In this document: one piece after another, positions 61,641 to 64,000 of the stretch | How the letters are laid out: each line of letters starts with the position of its first letter | How positions within the stretch are numbered: the first letter of the stretch is position 1 | Origin: Felis catus | Taxonomy: Eukaryota | Direction: 5' to 3' | Assembly (NCBI RefSeq): GCF_018350175.1 | Contig: NC_058368.1 | Span: 194,744,001 to 194,808,000 of the forward strand | Length of the DNA: 64,000 nucleotides | Translations under genes and position numbers: made by a program | Notes under the pieces: model-generated | Database searches by the model: none | What the model saw: the letters and a program-made list of their open reading frames with translations, nothing else | What the model was told of the DNA's origin: nothing

Positions 61641-62093
61641 TGTACTAAGTTGAACAGCCCCACAAAAAAATTTTTAAAAAACCATGCTCACTTGGAACCT
61701 GCAAATGTGACTTTCTTGGGAAATGGGGTCTTTGCAGATGTAATCAAGTTAAGATGGCATCAGGATGAGGGTGGCTTGATATCCCACCTAATCTCATGGT
61801 TCATATCCTTACAAAAGGGGACAGACACACAGGAAGGAGGAGGCTATACACAGAGATAAAGACAGAGACTGGAGTGATTCATCTACAAGCCAAGGAACAC
61901 CAAGGACTGCCAAAAACCACCAGAAGCTGGAAGAGGCAAGGAAGGATTCTTCCCTAGAACTATCAGAGAGAGCAAGGCTCTACCAACACCTGGATTTCAG
62001 AGCTATCGTCTCCAGAACTGTGAAAGAAGAGTTCTGTTGCTCAAGCCACCAGTTTGTGGTACTTTGTTATGGCGCCACTGGGGGACTAGCACA
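61641..62093 (+). mobile_element. MaLR LTR (MLT1C-like), apparently complete
   Basis: TG..CA termini; 'gggtctttgcagatgtaatcaagttaagatg', 'caagccaaggaacaccaaggactgcc..caccagaagctggaagaggcaagg', 'ctccagaactgtga..gtttgtggtactttgttatgg'. Confidence 0.9.
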
Positions 62094-63694
62094 GGCCTCC
62101 TCAAACCCAGTTTATTGGTAGGATCTGCTTGGAGCATTGTGCTGAGGATTTTGAGGCTGCAAGAATACAGGGATTAATTCATGACCCTGCCCTACAGAGA
62201 GAAGGGAGTCATGGCCTTGTCTTTGCAATGCCTGAATCATCATGATATCTTTCTGCTCTGATCACATATGACTCTATCATCCAGAATCCACAGGCCCCAC
62301 CAGGAGTAAAAGCACTAGAACCGGGGAAGTGTGGGCAGAGGCCCATGCCCTCCCCCCAACCAATCCCTCCAACTCCTCCCAGATAGGACCAGTCCCCCTC
62401 TGCTCTGGAGATGGCCTGTGATTCTGTCACCCTCTCAGCTTTGCTGTCACCAGATCTGATCTGAGATCAAACTGGCAAGGACCCGAACTGGTTTCCCAGC
62501 TTCCACAACCTGAGGATTGTGACCAGAAGTGAACTTGATTTATAGCAATGACATGATTGATAAATGAAAACTCCTGAGTGGGGTGGAAGCCACAGAAGGG
62601 CCGAGGTTTCACTGAGGAAGGCTCAAGGAACCCAGTCTCCCGGAGCCTGGGTCAGGATCAGGGCAGTGGCATTCAGATGTAGCCAGGGTTTCTGCCTGTC
62701 CTCTGCCCAGAATTCTGTTTGGAACACAGCTAAAGAGCGCCTCGGATCCAAACTAAGGATCTCAGTGAGGGTTCTTTGTAGGCACAGCTGGAGTGGGATG
62801 CCCCCTTCACCCAGGGTACCCTCCCTGGGTCAGGGAGAGAATGAAGGCCCTTCTCTCTGGGACACTTAGGTCCCCTTGTACCCCTAGCAATGACACTTCC
62901 TACTACCAACTCACCAAACTCTCCCCAAGCAAAGCCCTCTGTGTTCTTTGCCTGCCTTGACAAAATCCCTGCCAACAAATCTCCCTCAGCTTCAAGTGCT
63001 GCCCAATATTCCACATCCATCCTCAGGACCGTCACCCCCTGAACCCCTGGGTCAGCCCCCTGCTGCCTCCCGGCCCCTCCTCTCCAGGCTCCTGCCACAG
63101 CCACAGGCTTCCTTTCAACGCTTGGTATCTGATTTTGTCTTGCTCCTCTGCAAAATCATTCAGGGGCTTTTCAGATAGAAACCAAAATCCCGCAGCGAAT
63201 GAGATCCCTCCTCACCTGAATCCATTGGAAAAAAAAATGTTTTAAATACATAAATAAGAACTGCTTGAAAAATAAATTAAAAAGACATTCAAACTACAAG
63301 ATTCAACGGACATAAAATAACCATTAGATTACAGTAAAAGCTGACTCCCCATTCTGTGTCTGTCTCATCACAGATCCGTGGGTACAGACCACTCTTGGCG
63401 TAGCACTGGGCATCTAGGACTGGGCTGATCTCCCTCTCCCGACCGCCAGCCCCTCCAGATTCATTGCATGGGATTCTCCCCCTCCCTGCCTTCACAGCCA
63501 TGGTACTCACCTTCCTCTGTTTCCCGCTGCTGGCTTTCTACTCCTCACAGCTTTTCCCCATGCTCTTCTCTCTGTCCGGAGCTCTCTCCCTTTTCCTTAT
63601 ACCCCATCCCTGTAGTTAGCACCAACTGGCCCTTCAAAGTTTAGCTCATAGATTATTTCCTCAGGAAAGCCTGATCTGCACCTGTGCCTCCATC

Positions 63695-64000
63695 TGTCCC
63701 CCACACATACCCACACATGTGCACACACATGAATGTGCACCTACCCCTCCAACCACCCCCCACACGTATGTACATGCATGAGCCTACCTACTTCTCCCCC
63801 CTCATACACACACATGCACCAGCCTACCTACCCCTCGCCCCCCCCACACACACATACGCACATGCACAAACACCTACCCCCCACCCCACAAACACAAACA
63901 TACACCTACCCCTCCATCTCCCACATACACAAAAACCTATCCTTCCACCCCCCACACACACATGCACTTACCTTCCATCTCTTCCACACAAACACACACA
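63695..64000 (+). repeat. Degenerate C/A-rich tandem array (CCTACC head, C-run, (CA)n units); runs off the window end
   Basis: Recurring 'cctacc' heads roughly every 30-50 bp. Confidence 0.8.

Noticed and set aside
1..64000. CRISPR arrays, operons, rRNA/snRNA/miRNA genes, processed pseudogenes
   Set aside because: None recognised by eye in this mammalian non-coding DNA; an Rfam, miRBase or BLASTX search is needed to exclude small or diverged ones.

Overview
Mammalian genomic DNA from a felid. The evidence is about 31 tRNA-derived CanSINEs, several carrying cat-lineage diagnostic positions, plus a cat-type L1 3' end. I found no protein-coding exon, RNA gene or processed pseudogene that I can support. 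The only ORFs with recognisable protein similarity are degraded LINE-1 ORF2 pieces, and many other ORFs in the track are SINE or microsatellite read-throughs. The window is intronic or intergenic. It is a mosaic of SINEC, L1, L2, MIR, MaLR/ERVL/ERV1 solo LTRs, DNA transposons (MER5A, MER102, Charlie1, Charlie4z, Tigger1, MER104) and simple repeats, with several repeat-poor unique blocks. The most notable items are: an orphan CpG island (~19960-20520) followed by a perfect splice donor; a young, intact gammaretrovirus-like solo LTR (25383-25920); a near-total plus-strand bias of L1s, suggesting a minus-strand host transcript, with three candidate minus-strand exons; an exact 23-bp repeat 2.2 kb apart; two microhomology-joined inverted L1 segments; and several dense enhancer-like motif clusters. 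Repeat family names come from recalled consensus sequences, not a database search. Boundaries of old repeats are approximate. I see no evidence of a genuinely new biological system.
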